Source: Pseudothermotoga sp. (lineage in GTDB: Bacteria > Thermotogota > Thermotogae > Thermotogales > DSM-5069). From it: a DNA stretch of 64,000 bases. Below the pieces are notes generated by a model, which did not search any database, had not been told where the DNA came from, and saw only the letters and a list, made by a program, of their open reading frames with translations. Location: NCBI GenBank assembly GCA_031962025.1, contig JAVRKW010000004.1, one strand, 5' to 3'. The translations under genes were made by a program, and so were the position numbers. Shown one piece after another: positions 1 through 11,096 of the stretch. Positions within the stretch are counted from its first letter, which is position 1; the number at the start of each line of letters is the position of its first letter.

Positions 1-593
1 TACAAGTAGAAGAAAGGTACACCTTCAATTCGGCTTCGCTTTATTTTGAAGTCTTTGACGGCAAAATCGTTTATCTTTACTATTTTGACAGCGAAAGAAC
101 CTACCAGATAACCACGCCGGACAAGAAAAGTAAAACTGTTAAAATCGACAATCTGAGAAACCCCGTGTGTTATTTTGAAAAAGGCAGTTATGCATACATC
201 CTTGGATACACCGATGGGGTTGTGGTGTGTCTGAAAGATGACAAAGAGCTCTGGCGTGTCAATCTTTCAGATTTTGCAAGAAGCATGCTTTTGACAGACG
301 AGTACATCGTGGTTGTTAGCCTGATTGATCCTGTTGCAACAATGGTATCTTACGATGGAAAGATTCTGAAAAAAATATCCCTACCCAATGTTGCCCACAG
401 AGTTTTCAAGATTCAAAATAAACTGATCTTTTTGAACCATTTGCCCGGTCAGGTGTATGTTTATGATTTGAGCGATGGTTCTGTTCAAACAATTGAAATA
501 GGAACCTATGCCATAGACATGGTACAGATATCGCAGGATGAAGTCTGCATTCTCTGTTCTGATTCTGGAGAGCTTTACATACTAAGTTTGTAA
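1..593 (+). CDS. 5'-truncated hypothetical protein, probable beta-propeller (PQQ/YncE-like)
   Basis: Frame of ORF 165..593 is open back to the window edge; repeated short beta-strand motifs (LWRVNL, VYVYDLSDG). Confidence 0.5.
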   Translation, partial: QVEERYTFNSASLYFEVFDGKIVYLYYFDSERTYQITTPDKKSKTVKIDNLRNPVCYFEKGSYAYILGYTDGVVVCLKDDKELWRVNLSDFARSMLLTDEYIVVVSLIDPVATMVSYDGKILKKISLPNVAHRVFKIQNKLIFLNHLPGQVYVYDLSDGSVQTIEIGTYAIDMVQISQDEVCILCSDSGELYILSL

Positions 594-620
594 CCTCAAG
601 GGGCGTCAAGCCCCGAGGTT
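592..620. terminator. Hairpin between convergent genes, probable bidirectional terminator
   Basis: AACCTC-AA-GGGGC-GTCAA-GCCCC-GAGGTT inverted repeat between two stop codons. Confidence 0.6.
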
Positions 621-858
621 ATGAATTTGAAATGATGTAATCGACAACATCCTTTACCGTTGAAATTTTTTCAAGGTTGGAATCGTCGATCTTTACACCA
701 AACTCTTCTTCCACAGCCATGACAAGATCCACAAGATCCAGCGAATCAGCGTTCAGATCATCGACGAGTTTACTTGATTCGGTTACCTGCTTTTCGTCGA
801 TTCCAAGTTTTTCAGATACGATTTTGATAACTTTTTGTGAAACTGCATTTCTGTCCAT
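619..858 (-). CDS. acpP: Acyl carrier protein
   Basis: 79 aa, acidic, DLNADSLDLVDLVMAVEEEFG phosphopantetheine motif; GGAGG SD. Confidence 0.95.
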   Translation of the reverse strand: MDRNAVSQKVIKIVSEKLGIDEKQVTESSKLVDDLNADSLDLVDLVMAVEEEFGVKIDDSNLEKISTVKDVVDYIISNS

Positions 859-1026
859 CCGATTACCTCCTTTGAAAAATAATCTGCAAAAATTATACAG
901 ATCAAAGTTAGTTATGTCAAATTGATATTTTTCTTTCTTTCTTTGTATTCATGTGAAAAATAAGCTCAAACAAAAATCGAGTGTATTGTATTTTTACACA
1001 CGCCGATGATGTTTTTATCTGCAAAA

Positions 1027-1818
1027 TCAGGTTCTCAAAAAAGTGCTTTCAAGGATAGATCGCAGAGTCAGGGCATTTTGCACGGCTTTACCCTGGTAAC
1101 AATTGTTGAAAAAAACGAATAAATCCTTTGATTTTTGCATCAATTGAGCGATATCTATTGCAAATTGCTTGAGCTGTTCATGGGAATATTCGTAGTTATA
1201 CCTTTCGGCTCCAGAGGAAAACCATTTTTCACTTCTACCGTGCAATCTGAAATAGGAAATCTGCGATGTCATAATAGGTTTGTATGGAAAGAGCTCTTTT
1301 ATCTGAGGTTCATCTGTTATTACAAGCGACAGGTCGTGAACTTTCAAAAAGTCATAAACCTCTTCTCTGTCCCAGGAGCGGTGTCTGAACTCAATTGCCA
1401 CTGGCTGATCGATCCTGTTTCTCAGTTCCTGTATGTACTGCAATTTCTCTTTTGAGTATTGAAAGGTATATGGAAATTGCGCAAGCAGCATTTTGAGTCT
1501 GCCTTCTGAAATCATCGGTTCTAATGCAGAAAGTGTTTTTTGTATATCTTCTTCAAAAATGGTGTTGTTCTTCCATCCTTCATGGGTTACAGAACCGGGT
1601 ATCTTCACACAGAAAACAAATGTCTGCGGTGTTTTTCTGAGCATCGACACTATTGTTCTGTAATTTGGAACAGTATAATACGTGAAATTCAGCTCGACCG
1701 CATTGAACTGCCAGACAGACGCGTAGTATTTTAAAAGCTGGCTTTTTGACAAACCCTGCGGATATACAGTGCCGATCCAGTCAGAAAAGTAATAACCGCT
1801 GGTACCAATGTACAGCAA
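1027..1818 (-). CDS. DUF72 (YecE-like) TIM-barrel protein
   Basis: IGTSGY, VELNFTYY, LAQFP, EFRHRSW, YFRLHGR, FFNN motifs. Confidence 0.9.
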   Translation of the reverse strand: MLYIGTSGYYFSDWIGTVYPQGLSKSQLLKYYASVWQFNAVELNFTYYTVPNYRTIVSMLRKTPQTFVFCVKIPGSVTHEGWKNNTIFEEDIQKTLSALEPMISEGRLKMLLAQFPYTFQYSKEKLQYIQELRNRIDQPVAIEFRHRSWDREEVYDFLKVHDLSLVITDEPQIKELFPYKPIMTSQISYFRLHGRSEKWFSSGAERYNYEYSHEQLKQFAIDIAQLMQKSKDLFVFFNNCYQGKAVQNALTLRSILESTFLRT

Positions 1819-1862
1819 TCACAGTTCCCCCCTGATATGTTATCATCTTTCTGGTGATATAG

Positions 1863-2711
1863 ATGATAAGAATAGGTGCGCATATGCCAATTTCATACGG
1901 TTTTGAAAAAGTCCCACAGATGACTGTTGATTCTGGTGGAAACACTTTTCAGATCTTTCCTCACAGTCCAAGGACATGGAAGGCGTCACTACCATCGAAA
2001 AAAGTTGCTGAAGAATTCCAGATTCAGATGAAAAAATATCAGATTCCGCTTGAAGCGGCTTTCTGTCACTGCGGGTATCTGATCAATCCCGCAAGCCCCA
2101 AGGATGATGTCTGGAAAAAATCGGTGGAGCTTTTGATCGTCGAAGGGAAAATATGCCAGTTGCTTGGCATACCTTATTTGAATATTCATCCGGGTAGCCA
2201 CCTCGGCGCAGGTGAAAAAGAAGGAATAGACAGAATCGTGAGGGCAATCGATGAATTTCTCAAGGCAGTTTCAGATGTCACGCTTTTACTTGAAAATGTC
2301 TCACCCAAGGGAGGAAACATAGGTTATAAGATGCAGCAACTTGCAAAGATAATAGAACTGGTTTCCCAGCCAGAACGAATAGGTGTCACTTATGACACAT
2401 GCCACGGTTTTGATGCCGGTTATGATATAACCACCAAAGAAGGAGTGCAGAAACTGCTCGATGAAGTTGAAGACCTTTTTGGAATTTTCAGAATAAAAAT
2501 GATTCACCTGAATGATTCAAAATCACCCCTTGGTAAACCACTTGACAGGCATGAAAATATCGGTAAAGGTTTCATCAAAGACGAGGGCTTTAGCAATTTT
2601 CTGAGTTTTTCTCAGATACAGAACATACCGTGGGTTTTAGAGACCCCGGATCAGGATGATCTTTACGCCAAGGAAATAGCACATGTGAAATCTCTAATTG
2701 GGCTGGTGTGA
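1863..2711 (+). CDS. nfo: Endonuclease IV (AP endonuclease)
   Basis: IGAH, HCGYLINPAS, HPGS, LLEN, DTCH, HLNDSK, DRHENIG, LETP metal-binding motifs. Confidence 0.95.
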   Translation: MIRIGAHMPISYGFEKVPQMTVDSGGNTFQIFPHSPRTWKASLPSKKVAEEFQIQMKKYQIPLEAAFCHCGYLINPASPKDDVWKKSVELLIVEGKICQLLGIPYLNIHPGSHLGAGEKEGIDRIVRAIDEFLKAVSDVTLLLENVSPKGGNIGYKMQQLAKIIELVSQPERIGVTYDTCHGFDAGYDITTKEGVQKLLDEVEDLFGIFRIKMIHLNDSKSPLGKPLDRHENIGKGFIKDEGFSNFLSFSQIQNIPWVLETPDQDDLYAKEIAHVKSLIGLV

Positions 2712-4348
2712 TGCTGGTAGATAGCTTTGTTCTAAAAAGGATCGTTCAGGAATTACAGATTCTGAAAGACAGCAGTTTGAGACAGATATACCAGTTTGGC
2801 AGATCGACGGTTTATCTGTATTTTCAAAACCACGTCGTGAGAATATGCCTGGACCCGGCTCTTGCACACATCTGCACAGCCGAAAAAGAGGACTTTTCAG
2901 ATCATCATCCATCCACTTTTGTCATGCTGATGCGCGCAAGATTGAGAAATGCCAGGCTCAAAAGAATTGAGCAGGTTGGATTTGACAGAATAGTATTTTT
3001 TGAATTTGACAAAATCGATGAAACCGGTGACAGGCATCTGTACAGACTGTACGTTGAGTTTCTCGGCACACACTGTAATATGATCCTGGTTGAGAACCAG
3101 ACTGTGGTTGATGCATTTAAATACTCTTCAACTGCCTTGCGTACCATTGAAAAAGGTCATATTTATGAACTTTTAGCTCAAAAACTCGACCCATTTGAGA
3201 TCTCTTATGAGTTTTTCAACTCGTGCAATGAAAAACAACTTATATCCCAATTTGTGTCAAAAACAATTGCAGGCTTCTCAAAATTGTTGGTAAATGAACT
3301 GCTTTTCAGAGCAAAACTGGACGATAAAGTTGTTTGCGATCTGAACTCTTCTGAAAGAAATTCACTCAAACACGCTTTCTTTTCAATCATCAACGATTTT
3401 CAAAAGAACCGCACCTATGTTTATGATGATAAACTGAGTGCAATACCTCTGATGCATTTTTCGCAGAGCGCTGTTGTTTTTGAATCAGCTTCAAAAGCCG
3501 TTGAGTATGCTTACAGTAAGCTGTTTGAGCGCCAGATTTTGAAACAAACCAAGACAGAACTTGCAAAGATCGTTCAAGAATATATGAGAAAAGAGAATAA
3601 AACACTTGATGCGATAGAAAGCGAACTGAAAGAGTGTGAAAAGGCAGATATGTTTTTACAGTACGGTGAGCTGCTCAAATACGCACCAGATCAGAACCAG
3701 ACAGGCGATGTGGTAAACGTATTCGACTACAGTACAGGAAAGGTTTTTTCCGTGCCCCTGATAAGTGGAAAAAATATCAGGCAGAGTTCCCAGCACTATT
3801 TTGATCTTTACAAAAAATTGAAAGAAAAAGGTCGGGTTTTGCAAACAAGAATTGAGCGGTCAAGAGAGTTTTTAATGTACCTTGAGCAACTGTTGCACAC
3901 AATAGAATCTGCGGATGATCTTGAGACACTCGATGAGATCAGACAGGAAATGGCTCAGCAGGGCATGATAAGAAAGCAAAAACAGCAGATTCCAAAAGAA
4001 AGTGATTTCAAAAAGGTGGAATATCAGGGTTTTGTTATAATGATCGGGAAAAACAACAGGCAGAACGAAAGACTCGTAAGGCAGGCAAATGATAAAGACC
4101 TGTGGTTGCACGCACACCAGATACCAGGAGCGCATGTTGTGATAAAAACCCAGGGTAAGCCTGTTTCAGAAGATGTTCTCAAGTATGCCGCAGCCCTGGC
4201 TGCTTATCATTCTAAAGCCCGTTTCTCCTCAAAAGTGCCTGTTGATTACACACTTATCAAAAACGTTCACAAACCAAAAGGTTCCCCTCCCGGCTTTGTA
4301 CTGTACACAAACTACGAAACGATTTTCGTAGATCCCAGACCGGTGTAA
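2708..4348 (+). CDS. rqcH: NFACT/RqcH (FbpA/Rqc2) ribosome quality-control protein
   Basis: N-terminal DSFVL and FDRIV; C-terminal NFACT-R GKNNRQN, DLWLHA, PGAHV, VDYT, KPKG. Confidence 0.9.
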   Translation: MMLVDSFVLKRIVQELQILKDSSLRQIYQFGRSTVYLYFQNHVVRICLDPALAHICTAEKEDFSDHHPSTFVMLMRARLRNARLKRIEQVGFDRIVFFEFDKIDETGDRHLYRLYVEFLGTHCNMILVENQTVVDAFKYSSTALRTIEKGHIYELLAQKLDPFEISYEFFNSCNEKQLISQFVSKTIAGFSKLLVNELLFRAKLDDKVVCDLNSSERNSLKHAFFSIINDFQKNRTYVYDDKLSAIPLMHFSQSAVVFESASKAVEYAYSKLFERQILKQTKTELAKIVQEYMRKENKTLDAIESELKECEKADMFLQYGELLKYAPDQNQTGDVVNVFDYSTGKVFSVPLISGKNIRQSSQHYFDLYKKLKEKGRVLQTRIERSREFLMYLEQLLHTIESADDLETLDEIRQEMAQQGMIRKQKQQIPKESDFKKVEYQGFVIMIGKNNRQNERLVRQANDKDLWLHAHQIPGAHVVIKTQGKPVSEDVLKYAAALAAYHSKARFSSKVPVDYTLIKNVHKPKGSPPGFVLYTNYETIFVDPRPV

Positions 4349-4443
4349 CGTGTTTTGACACCTTCCTCAATTTTTGTAATTTATACTTGACAATTTCTAA
4401 AGTTAGCTCTAAAATATTTTCAAAACATGTGGGAGGTGTCAAT

Positions 4444-5211
4444 ATGTTTAATGCTTTTATTGCAAATTTTAAAAAATCGTGGATAGAATTTAAAAGGTAC
4501 TACTTCAACACCATCTCCGGACTGGCAACTGTGCTGATCTTTTTTTACCTGATCTTTTTTGGAGCGAAAGCGATTGGTGGTTCCACCGTGGATTTCGGTA
4601 ATACCATCGAAGGGATCACAGTTGGCTATTTCATGTGGTTGATGTTCATCTTTTCTTTTCAGGGTGTTGCGTGGGGTATCATCGATGAGGCTCAAAGAGG
4701 TACCTTGGAACAGGTCTTTGTCTCTCCGATTTCTTTTGAATACCAGATGCTCTTTCGAATGATAAGTGATTTTGTTTTCAATGTTTTGTTTGCCGTGCCT
4801 TTGATGTACCTTGTTGCGTACACAACCGGCAGGAGATTGAATTTTGACTTTTTAACCCTTCTGTACCTTCTCATCACCGGTACAGTTTGTGCTCTTGGTA
4901 TCGGAATGATGCTCGGTGGCATTGCGCTTGTTTTTAAAAGGATCTCTTCTTTCATTCAAATAGTCACCTTTGGCTCTCTTGCTTTCACCATGTTCGATCT
5001 TTCCAAACTCTGGTACAGGTTCCTTCCCATGTCACAGGCAGCCTATTTGATGAAAAAACTCGCAGTAGAGGGTATAAGGTTTTACCAGTTTCAACTTTCT
5101 GATCATGTGGTTTTGTGGCTGGTGGCCTTCATTTATCTGATGGCAGGTGTACTGGTCTTTCGCGGTTTTGAAAAACGGGCAATGATAGCCGGTACACTTG
5201 GCCAGTATTGA
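4444..5211 (+). CDS. ABC-2 type exporter permease
   Basis: About 6 TM segments, EAQRGTLEQ motif; ATG 4444 follows GGAGG. Confidence 0.8.
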   Translation: MFNAFIANFKKSWIEFKRYYFNTISGLATVLIFFYLIFFGAKAIGGSTVDFGNTIEGITVGYFMWLMFIFSFQGVAWGIIDEAQRGTLEQVFVSPISFEYQMLFRMISDFVFNVLFAVPLMYLVAYTTGRRLNFDFLTLLYLLITGTVCALGIGMMLGGIALVFKRISSFIQIVTFGSLAFTMFDLSKLWYRFLPMSQAAYLMKKLAVEGIRFYQFQLSDHVVLWLVAFIYLMAGVLVFRGFEKRAMIAGTLGQY

Positions 5212-5220
5212 GGTGATAGG

Positions 5221-6174
5221 ATGATTACGGTCAAAAACCTGGTTAAAACCTATCCAAAAAGAGGTTCAAAAGAAAAATTCAAAGCCGTGGATGATGTATC
5301 TTTCGAGCTCAAAGCTGGTGAAATCTTTTCCCTTCTTGGTCCAAACGGTGCTGGAAAAACGACCATTATAAAATCGATCTGTGGATTGATAATCCCCGAT
5401 TCAGGTGAAATAAAGATCAAAGGTATCAGTGTTTTCAAAAACCGCTCTAAAGCTCTTGAAAACATCAGCGTCGTACTTGAAGGAAACAGAAATCTCTACT
5501 GGAGAATGACACCGGTTGAGAACATGATGTACTTTTCCGGCATCAGAGGAAAGAAATTGAGAAAAAGTGAGGCGATCGAAATACTCGAAAGACTCGGTTT
5601 GCGTGAAAAGAAAGATGAGATCGTGCACAAATTATCGCGAGGTATGCAGCAAAAAGCGGCAATAGCAGTCTGTCTTGCAGCAGGTACAGACATACTTCTT
5701 TTGGATGAACCGACGCTGGGTTTGGATGTGAACTCAGCCGTGGAATTTCGCACGATCTTGAAAGATTTAAAGAATCAGGGTAAGACCATCCTTCTTTCAA
5801 CACACGACATGAATCTGGTTGAAGCAGTAGCCGATAGAGTTGCGATAATGAACAACGGCAAGATCGTCGTCTGTGAGGAAAAAAGAAAATTGATGGACCT
5901 CTTCACGGCGCGCGGTTATAAGATAAGAATTCTTTCAAATGGAGCGAGCGAGGAAAAGCTCACAAAAATGGGTTTATCAGAATGGAGCAAAGATGGCAAT
6001 GTTATCGAAATTCATCTGAATCTTTCCTCGGCAAAGGAACTGTACAAAATCATTGAAGATTTCAAGCTGAACCAGATTGAGATAGAGAGCATAGAAAAGG
6101 AGCTGGTTAATTTTGAGAAGATTTTCATGTCTTATACCGCCTGTACTAAACATGATATAATCAACAACGTATGA
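5221..6174 (+). CDS. ABC exporter ATP-binding subunit
   Basis: [24 protein letters not shown]-loop STH. Confidence 0.92.
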   Translation: MITVKNLVKTYPKRGSKEKFKAVDDVSFELKAGEIFSLLGPNGAGKTTIIKSICGLIIPDSGEIKIKGISVFKNRSKALENISVVLEGNRNLYWRMTPVENMMYFSGIRGKKLRKSEAIEILERLGLREKKDEIVHKLSRGMQQKAAIAVCLAAGTDILLLDEPTLGLDVNSAVEFRTILKDLKNQGKTILLSTHDMNLVEAVADRVAIMNNGKIVVCEEKRKLMDLFTARGYKIRILSNGASEEKLTKMGLSEWSKDGNVIEIHLNLSSAKELYKIIEDFKLNQIEIESIEKELVNFEKIFMSYTACTKHDIINNV

Positions 6175-6199
6175 AAAAACTCGCTGGGGAGGGAGCCAG

Positions 6200-6757
6200 A
6201 TGAAGCATCCTCTTGTGAAAAATGCAGAAGATAGAATGAACAAGGCTATTGAGAAAATAAGTGAAGAACTCAGAAGGATGAGAACGGGTAGACCTTCGCC
6301 TGCCATTCTTGAGGAAATAAAAGTTGACTACTACGGTGCCCCAACACCGATCAATCAACTTGCAACTGTGAGTATTTCCGAAGACAGATCTTTGATAATA
6401 AAACCATGGGACAAATCAGTTCTTCCTGCCATTGAAAAGGCAATCTTCACTTCTGATATAGGCTTGACTCCACAGAACGATGGTAATATCATTAGACTTA
6501 TTTTCCCAACTCCGACCACCGAGCAAAAACAGAAGTGGGTTAAAAAAGCAAAGGAAATCATTGAACAGGGTAAGGTAGCAATAAGAAATGTCAGAAGGGA
6601 TGTTCTCAAAGATCTCAAAGATATGCAAAAAGATGGTAAGATTTCCGAAGACGATGAAAAGAGACTTGAAAAAGAGATTCAGGATCTGACAGACAAAAAG
6701 ATACAGGAGATGGATAAACTCTTTGAAAAGAAAGAAAAGGAGATAATGGAAGTTTGA
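6200..6757 (+). CDS. frr: Ribosome recycling factor
   Basis: [22 protein letters not shown] motifs. Confidence 0.97.
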   Translation: MKHPLVKNAEDRMNKAIEKISEELRRMRTGRPSPAILEEIKVDYYGAPTPINQLATVSISEDRSLIIKPWDKSVLPAIEKAIFTSDIGLTPQNDGNIIRLIFPTPTTEQKQKWVKKAKEIIEQGKVAIRNVRRDVLKDLKDMQKDGKISEDDEKRLEKEIQDLTDKKIQEMDKLFEKKEKEIMEV

Positions 6758-7431
6758 ACCTGACACACCTTGCGGTCATAATGGATGGTAATGGAAGGTG
6801 GGCTCAGAAAAGAGGCCTTCCCAGAGTCCAGGGGCATAGAAAAGGTGCCCAGAAGGCTGAAAAGATTATAGAATGGTGTGCCGAACTCGGTATAAAGTAT
6901 GTCACACTCTATACTTTTTCAACAGAAAACTGGAAAAGACCGCAGGAAGAAGTGAATTATTTGTTCTCTCTGCTTGTTGAGATGCTCAACAAGAAATTTA
7001 CCAGAATGATGGAGCAGGGAGTGAGAATCAGATTCTGCGGACTTGTTGAGCAGCTACCCGAGCAGATAGTGAATGTCTGCAGGGATTTTGAAAATAAAAC
7101 GAAAGACAACCAAAAAATTCAGGCAATACTGGCGTTGAATTACGGCGGGCGTCGTGAGATAATCGATGCCGTTAACAGAGCCGTTCAAAACGGTGTAAAA
7201 CAGTTCGATGAAAATGTACTAAGAAGTTATCTTTATCTTCCTGATGTCCCTGATCCAGACCTTGTCATAAGGACATCTGGAGAGGTGAGAATAAGTAACT
7301 TTTTGCTGTGGCAGATCGCTTACAGTGAGCTGTATTTCACAGACGTTCTCTGGCCAGATTTTTCAAAGGAAGATCTTTTGAAAGCCGTCAGAAATTTTGA
7401 AAATCGTCATCGAAGATTTGGGGGATTGTGA
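6754..7431 (+). CDS. uppS: Undecaprenyl diphosphate synthase
   Basis: [33 protein letters not shown]. Confidence 0.97.
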   Translation: MNLTHLAVIMDGNGRWAQKRGLPRVQGHRKGAQKAEKIIEWCAELGIKYVTLYTFSTENWKRPQEEVNYLFSLLVEMLNKKFTRMMEQGVRIRFCGLVEQLPEQIVNVCRDFENKTKDNQKIQAILALNYGGRREIIDAVNRAVQNGVKQFDENVLRSYLYLPDVPDPDLVIRTSGEVRISNFLLWQIAYSELYFTDVLWPDFSKEDLLKAVRNFENRHRRFGGL

Positions 7432-8246
7432 TGTCAGAAACTAAAACAAGAGTTATAACCGCTCTGATAGTTGCACCTTTTGTCGTTCTGTGTTTCATAA
7501 ACTACAAAAGTCTGATTGGACTGGTTGCCGCGGTTGTTTTACTCGCATCGTATGAACTTTTGAACATGACTGTGAAAAATTACCAGCAGAGGATCTTTTT
7601 GTATTTTGGTGTGGCGCTGAGCGTTGGATTTACGATAATTTACGGAATAATGAAAGCCAGCAACGGGATTCTTTTACTCAGTCTCGCTTTTGTTATCAAC
7701 GCAGTTGTTTTTATCATAACGCTCAAAGAAACTTCCACTGTGTTCAACACCGTACTTGCCTCTGCTTTATCACTTTTGTACATCGCTGGTTGCCTTTCCT
7801 TTTTCTTTCCAATCTACCTTGAATATGGAGCTGCCAATGCCCTGTTAAATCTCACAGCGGTGTGGCTGTACGACACAGGAGCTTATTTTGTTGGCATAAA
7901 ATATGGAAAAACAAAGATTGCAAAACGTATAAGTCCTTCAAAAAGTCTTGAAGGCGTTGCTGGTGGTTTTGCAGCATCCATGGTTTTTTGTTTTGTCTAC
8001 AAAATAATTTTCGAACGGCTTTTTGGAGCATCTGTGATGTCTTTCAGATCTCTTGTTATTTTTTCTCTAATCATAGCTGTCTTTGACACATTTGGAGATC
8101 TGTTCGAATCTGCGCTGAAAAGGCATTTTAGCTTGAAAGATTCTGGGAATGTTCTCCCGGGACATGGTGGTATGCTGGATAGAATAGACGGGCTTTTGTT
8201 TGTAACTCCAGTGACTTATTTTCTTCTTTCAGCAGGTATTCTTTAA
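7428..8246 (+). CDS. cdsA: Phosphatidate cytidylyltransferase
   Basis: SPSKSLEG, GDLFESALKR, KDSG..LPGHGGMLDRID. Confidence 0.96.
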   Translation: MMSETKTRVITALIVAPFVVLCFINYKSLIGLVAAVVLLASYELLNMTVKNYQQRIFLYFGVALSVGFTIIYGIMKASNGILLLSLAFVINAVVFIITLKETSTVFNTVLASALSLLYIAGCLSFFFPIYLEYGAANALLNLTAVWLYDTGAYFVGIKYGKTKIAKRISPSKSLEGVAGGFAASMVFCFVYKIIFERLFGASVMSFRSLVIFSLIIAVFDTFGDLFESALKRHFSLKDSGNVLPGHGGMLDRIDGLLFVTPVTYFLLSAGIL

Positions 8247-8258
8247 GGAGGTTGAAGG

Positions 8259-10838
8259 ATGACTGGCGATGAACTCAGACAGGAATTTCTGAAATTTTTC
8301 CAGTCCAAGGGACACAAAGTTTTGCCCAGCGCTTCATTAATACCCAATGACCCGCAGCTTTTGTTCACCGTTGCCGGTATGGTGCCTTTCAAACCCATCT
8401 TCTGGGGAAAGGTCGAACCAGTTTACACACGAGTTGCCACATGCCAGAAGTGTCTGAGAACAAATGATATAGACAACGTTGGAAGAACACCAAGACATCA
8501 GACCTTTTTCGAGATGCTCGGGAATTTCTCTTTTGGGGATTATTTCAAAAAAGAAGCGATCACCTGGGCATGGGAGTTTGTTACAAAGGTACTCAAACTT
8601 CCCGAGGAAAAGCTGTGGGTGACTATATACAAAGACGATGAGGAAGCTTTTAAAATATGGAAAGATCTGGTTGGAGTTCCGGAAAAGAAAATAGTGCGCA
8701 TGGGAAAAGATACAAACTTTTGGGGGCCTGCAGGTCCAACAGGTCCGTGTGGACCGTGTTCAGAGATCCACTACGACACGGGAGTTATGGACGACTGTCC
8801 GCAGGACCAGGAATGTACACCAGCCAACTCTGACAGGCGTTTTTTAGAGATATGGAATCTGGTTTTCACAGAATTCAACCAGGATGAAAATGGAAATCTC
8901 AACCCCCTTCCAAAAAAGAACATAGACACCGGTGCTGGCTTGGAAAGAATCGCTTCTGTGGTTCAAAAAGTGAGTGGAAATTTTGAAACAGATCTGTTCA
9001 CACCCATAATAAAACGCATAGAAGAAGTTCTGAACGTGAAATACAGGGAAAGCAACTCAAAAGATATCTCTATCAGGGTTATTGCTGATCATTCAAGAGC
9101 CGTCACTTTCCTGATAGCCGACGGTGTTTTTCCATCCAACGAAGAACGTGGTTATGTGCTCAGAAGAATACTTCGAAGGGCTGTCAGGCACGGTGTATTA
9201 CTCGGTGCCAAAAAACCATTCCTTCATTTGATCAACGAAGCTGTCATAGAGAGAATGGGAAAGGTTTATCCAGAGATTGTCGAAAGAAAAAAGTTGATTT
9301 TAGAAGTCACACAGGCTGAAGAAGAAAGATTTTTCAAAACCATAGTTCAGGGTAATGAAATGCTCAGTGATATCATCGCAAAATCTCACAGAACGATTAA
9401 GGGAGAAGATGTTTTCAAGCTGTACGATACATACGGTTTTCCACCAGATATAGTAGTCGATGTTGCAAAAGAACACGGTCTTGAAGTTGATCTGAAAGAA
9501 TTTGAAAGGCTCATGGAACTACAAAGAGAAAAAGCAAGAAGTGCGAGAATCGAAGTGGAATTTGCCAGATCTTCAGAAGATTATGAAAAACTGTCAAAGA
9601 CTATCAAGACAACTTTCGTTGGATATGAAACTTTAGAATGCAAAGCCACCGTCGTCTATACAAAAAAACAAAACGGCAGATTAGAAGTTGTTTTTGACAA
9701 AACCTGCTTTTACGCTGAAAGAGGCGGACAGGTAGCCGATACGGGCAGGGTTATCTGGGAAAACGGTTCTGCTGTTGTGGAGGGTGTTTATATACCGGTC
9801 GAAGGGATCATCGCTCATGTGATCAGACCGGAAAGCGGAGAGCTCGATCAGGGTGTGAAGGTTAAACTTGAAGTGGATAGAGAAAAAAGGCAAGCCACGG
9901 CGAGAAACCACACTGCGACCCATCTATTACACTCGGCTTTGAGAAAGGTGCTTGGAGACCACGTAAAACAATCAGGTTCACTTGTAGCCCCAGACAGGCT
10001 CAGATTTGATTTCACCCATTATCAACCGCTCACATACGATGAAATTGAGAAGATAGAAGACCTCGTCAACAACGTGATTTTTCAAGCAATTCCCGTTGTC
10101 ATACAGGAAAAATCCTATAAAGAAGCTGTGGCTGAAGGTGCAATAGCACTGTTCAACGAGAAATACGGTGATGTGGTCAGGGTCGTAAAAGTTCCGGGCT
10201 TCAGTGAAGAATTGTGTGGTGGAACCCACGTTAAAAATACCGGAAACATAGGTCTGTTCAAAATAATCTCTGAATCCGCGATCTCTGCCGGCACAAGACG
10301 TATAGAAGCTGTAACTGGATTTAACGCACTGCATTATCTGAGAGCAAAAGATCAGTTGATAAAAAATCTGTGTGAAAAACTCGATACCTCTCAGGATGAA
10401 ATTCTCTCAAGAATTGAGATTCTTATTGAGAAAAATCACAATTTGCAAAAAGAACTGGAACAGATCAGATCAAAGTTACTCGTCTCTCAACTCAGGCAGG
10501 CCCCCAGCGAAACGATAAAAGATATCAGGTTACTGCACACGGTCTTTAATGACGTTGGGTCTGATGAATTGCGAAATCTTTCAGACATAGCCGTGTCTGG
10601 TGAAAAATCTCTTGTAGCACTTTTGTTCTCTGTGAACAAAGACAAAGTCAATTTGATAGTGCGCGTCACCCAGGACATTGCAAAAAAGATCAAAGCAGCG
10701 GATATAGCAAAATACGCCGCTCAGATTCTGGAAGGTGGAGGAGGAGGAAGACCAGACTTTGCCCAGGCTGGCGGTAAAAACCCATCAAAAATAAACATCA
10801 TCATAGAATACACAAGAAAACTGCTTGAAAAAACTTGA
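8259..10838 (+). CDS. alaS: Alanine--tRNA ligase
   Basis: AGMVPFKP, FFEMLGNFSFGDYFK, HTATHLL and ELCGGTH editing motifs, GGGGRPDFAQAGG. Confidence 0.98.
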   Translation: MTGDELRQEFLKFFQSKGHKVLPSASLIPNDPQLLFTVAGMVPFKPIFWGKVEPVYTRVATCQKCLRTNDIDNVGRTPRHQTFFEMLGNFSFGDYFKKEAITWAWEFVTKVLKLPEEKLWVTIYKDDEEAFKIWKDLVGVPEKKIVRMGKDTNFWGPAGPTGPCGPCSEIHYDTGVMDDCPQDQECTPANSDRRFLEIWNLVFTEFNQDENGNLNPLPKKNIDTGAGLERIASVVQKVSGNFETDLFTPIIKRIEEVLNVKYRESNSKDISIRVIADHSRAVTFLIADGVFPSNEERGYVLRRILRRAVRHGVLLGAKKPFLHLINEAVIERMGKVYPEIVERKKLILEVTQAEEERFFKTIVQGNEMLSDIIAKSHRTIKGEDVFKLYDTYGFPPDIVVDVAKEHGLEVDLKEFERLMELQREKARSARIEVEFARSSEDYEKLSKTIKTTFVGYETLECKATVVYTKKQNGRLEVVFDKTCFYAERGGQVADTGRVIWENGSAVVEGVYIPVEGIIAHVIRPESGELDQGVKVKLEVDREKRQATARNHTATHLLHSALRKVLGDHVKQSGSLVAPDRLRFDFTHYQPLTYDEIEKIEDLVNNVIFQAIPVVIQEKSYKEAVAEGAIALFNEKYGDVVRVVKVPGFSEELCGGTHVKNTGNIGLFKIISESAISAGTRRIEAVTGFNALHYLRAKDQLIKNLCEKLDTSQDEILSRIEILIEKNHNLQKELEQIRSKLLVSQLRQAPSETIKDIRLLHTVFNDVGSDELRNLSDIAVSGEKSLVALLFSVNKDKVNLIVRVTQDIAKKIKAADIAKYAAQILEGGGGGRPDFAQAGGKNPSKINIIIEYTRKLLEKT

Positions 10839-11096
10839 TCTATAGAACACAACACAAAATAGTGAACTATTATCTATTAAAAAGGTACAAATTTGCTGAA
10901 AAATCGGGTAGCTTATGCTACCCTTATTTTCAAAGAATGGTTCACACACTCATTAATGTTTATCTTCACCTTAGCAGATTCACGAGCTGTTTTCTACCCT
11001 TTGATCTTTTGTTTTGACCACAGAGCATTGATTTTTCAACACATCAGTTTTTGATTGATTTGCTAATATAGTTGTTGAGAACGACAAAAAGGAGGC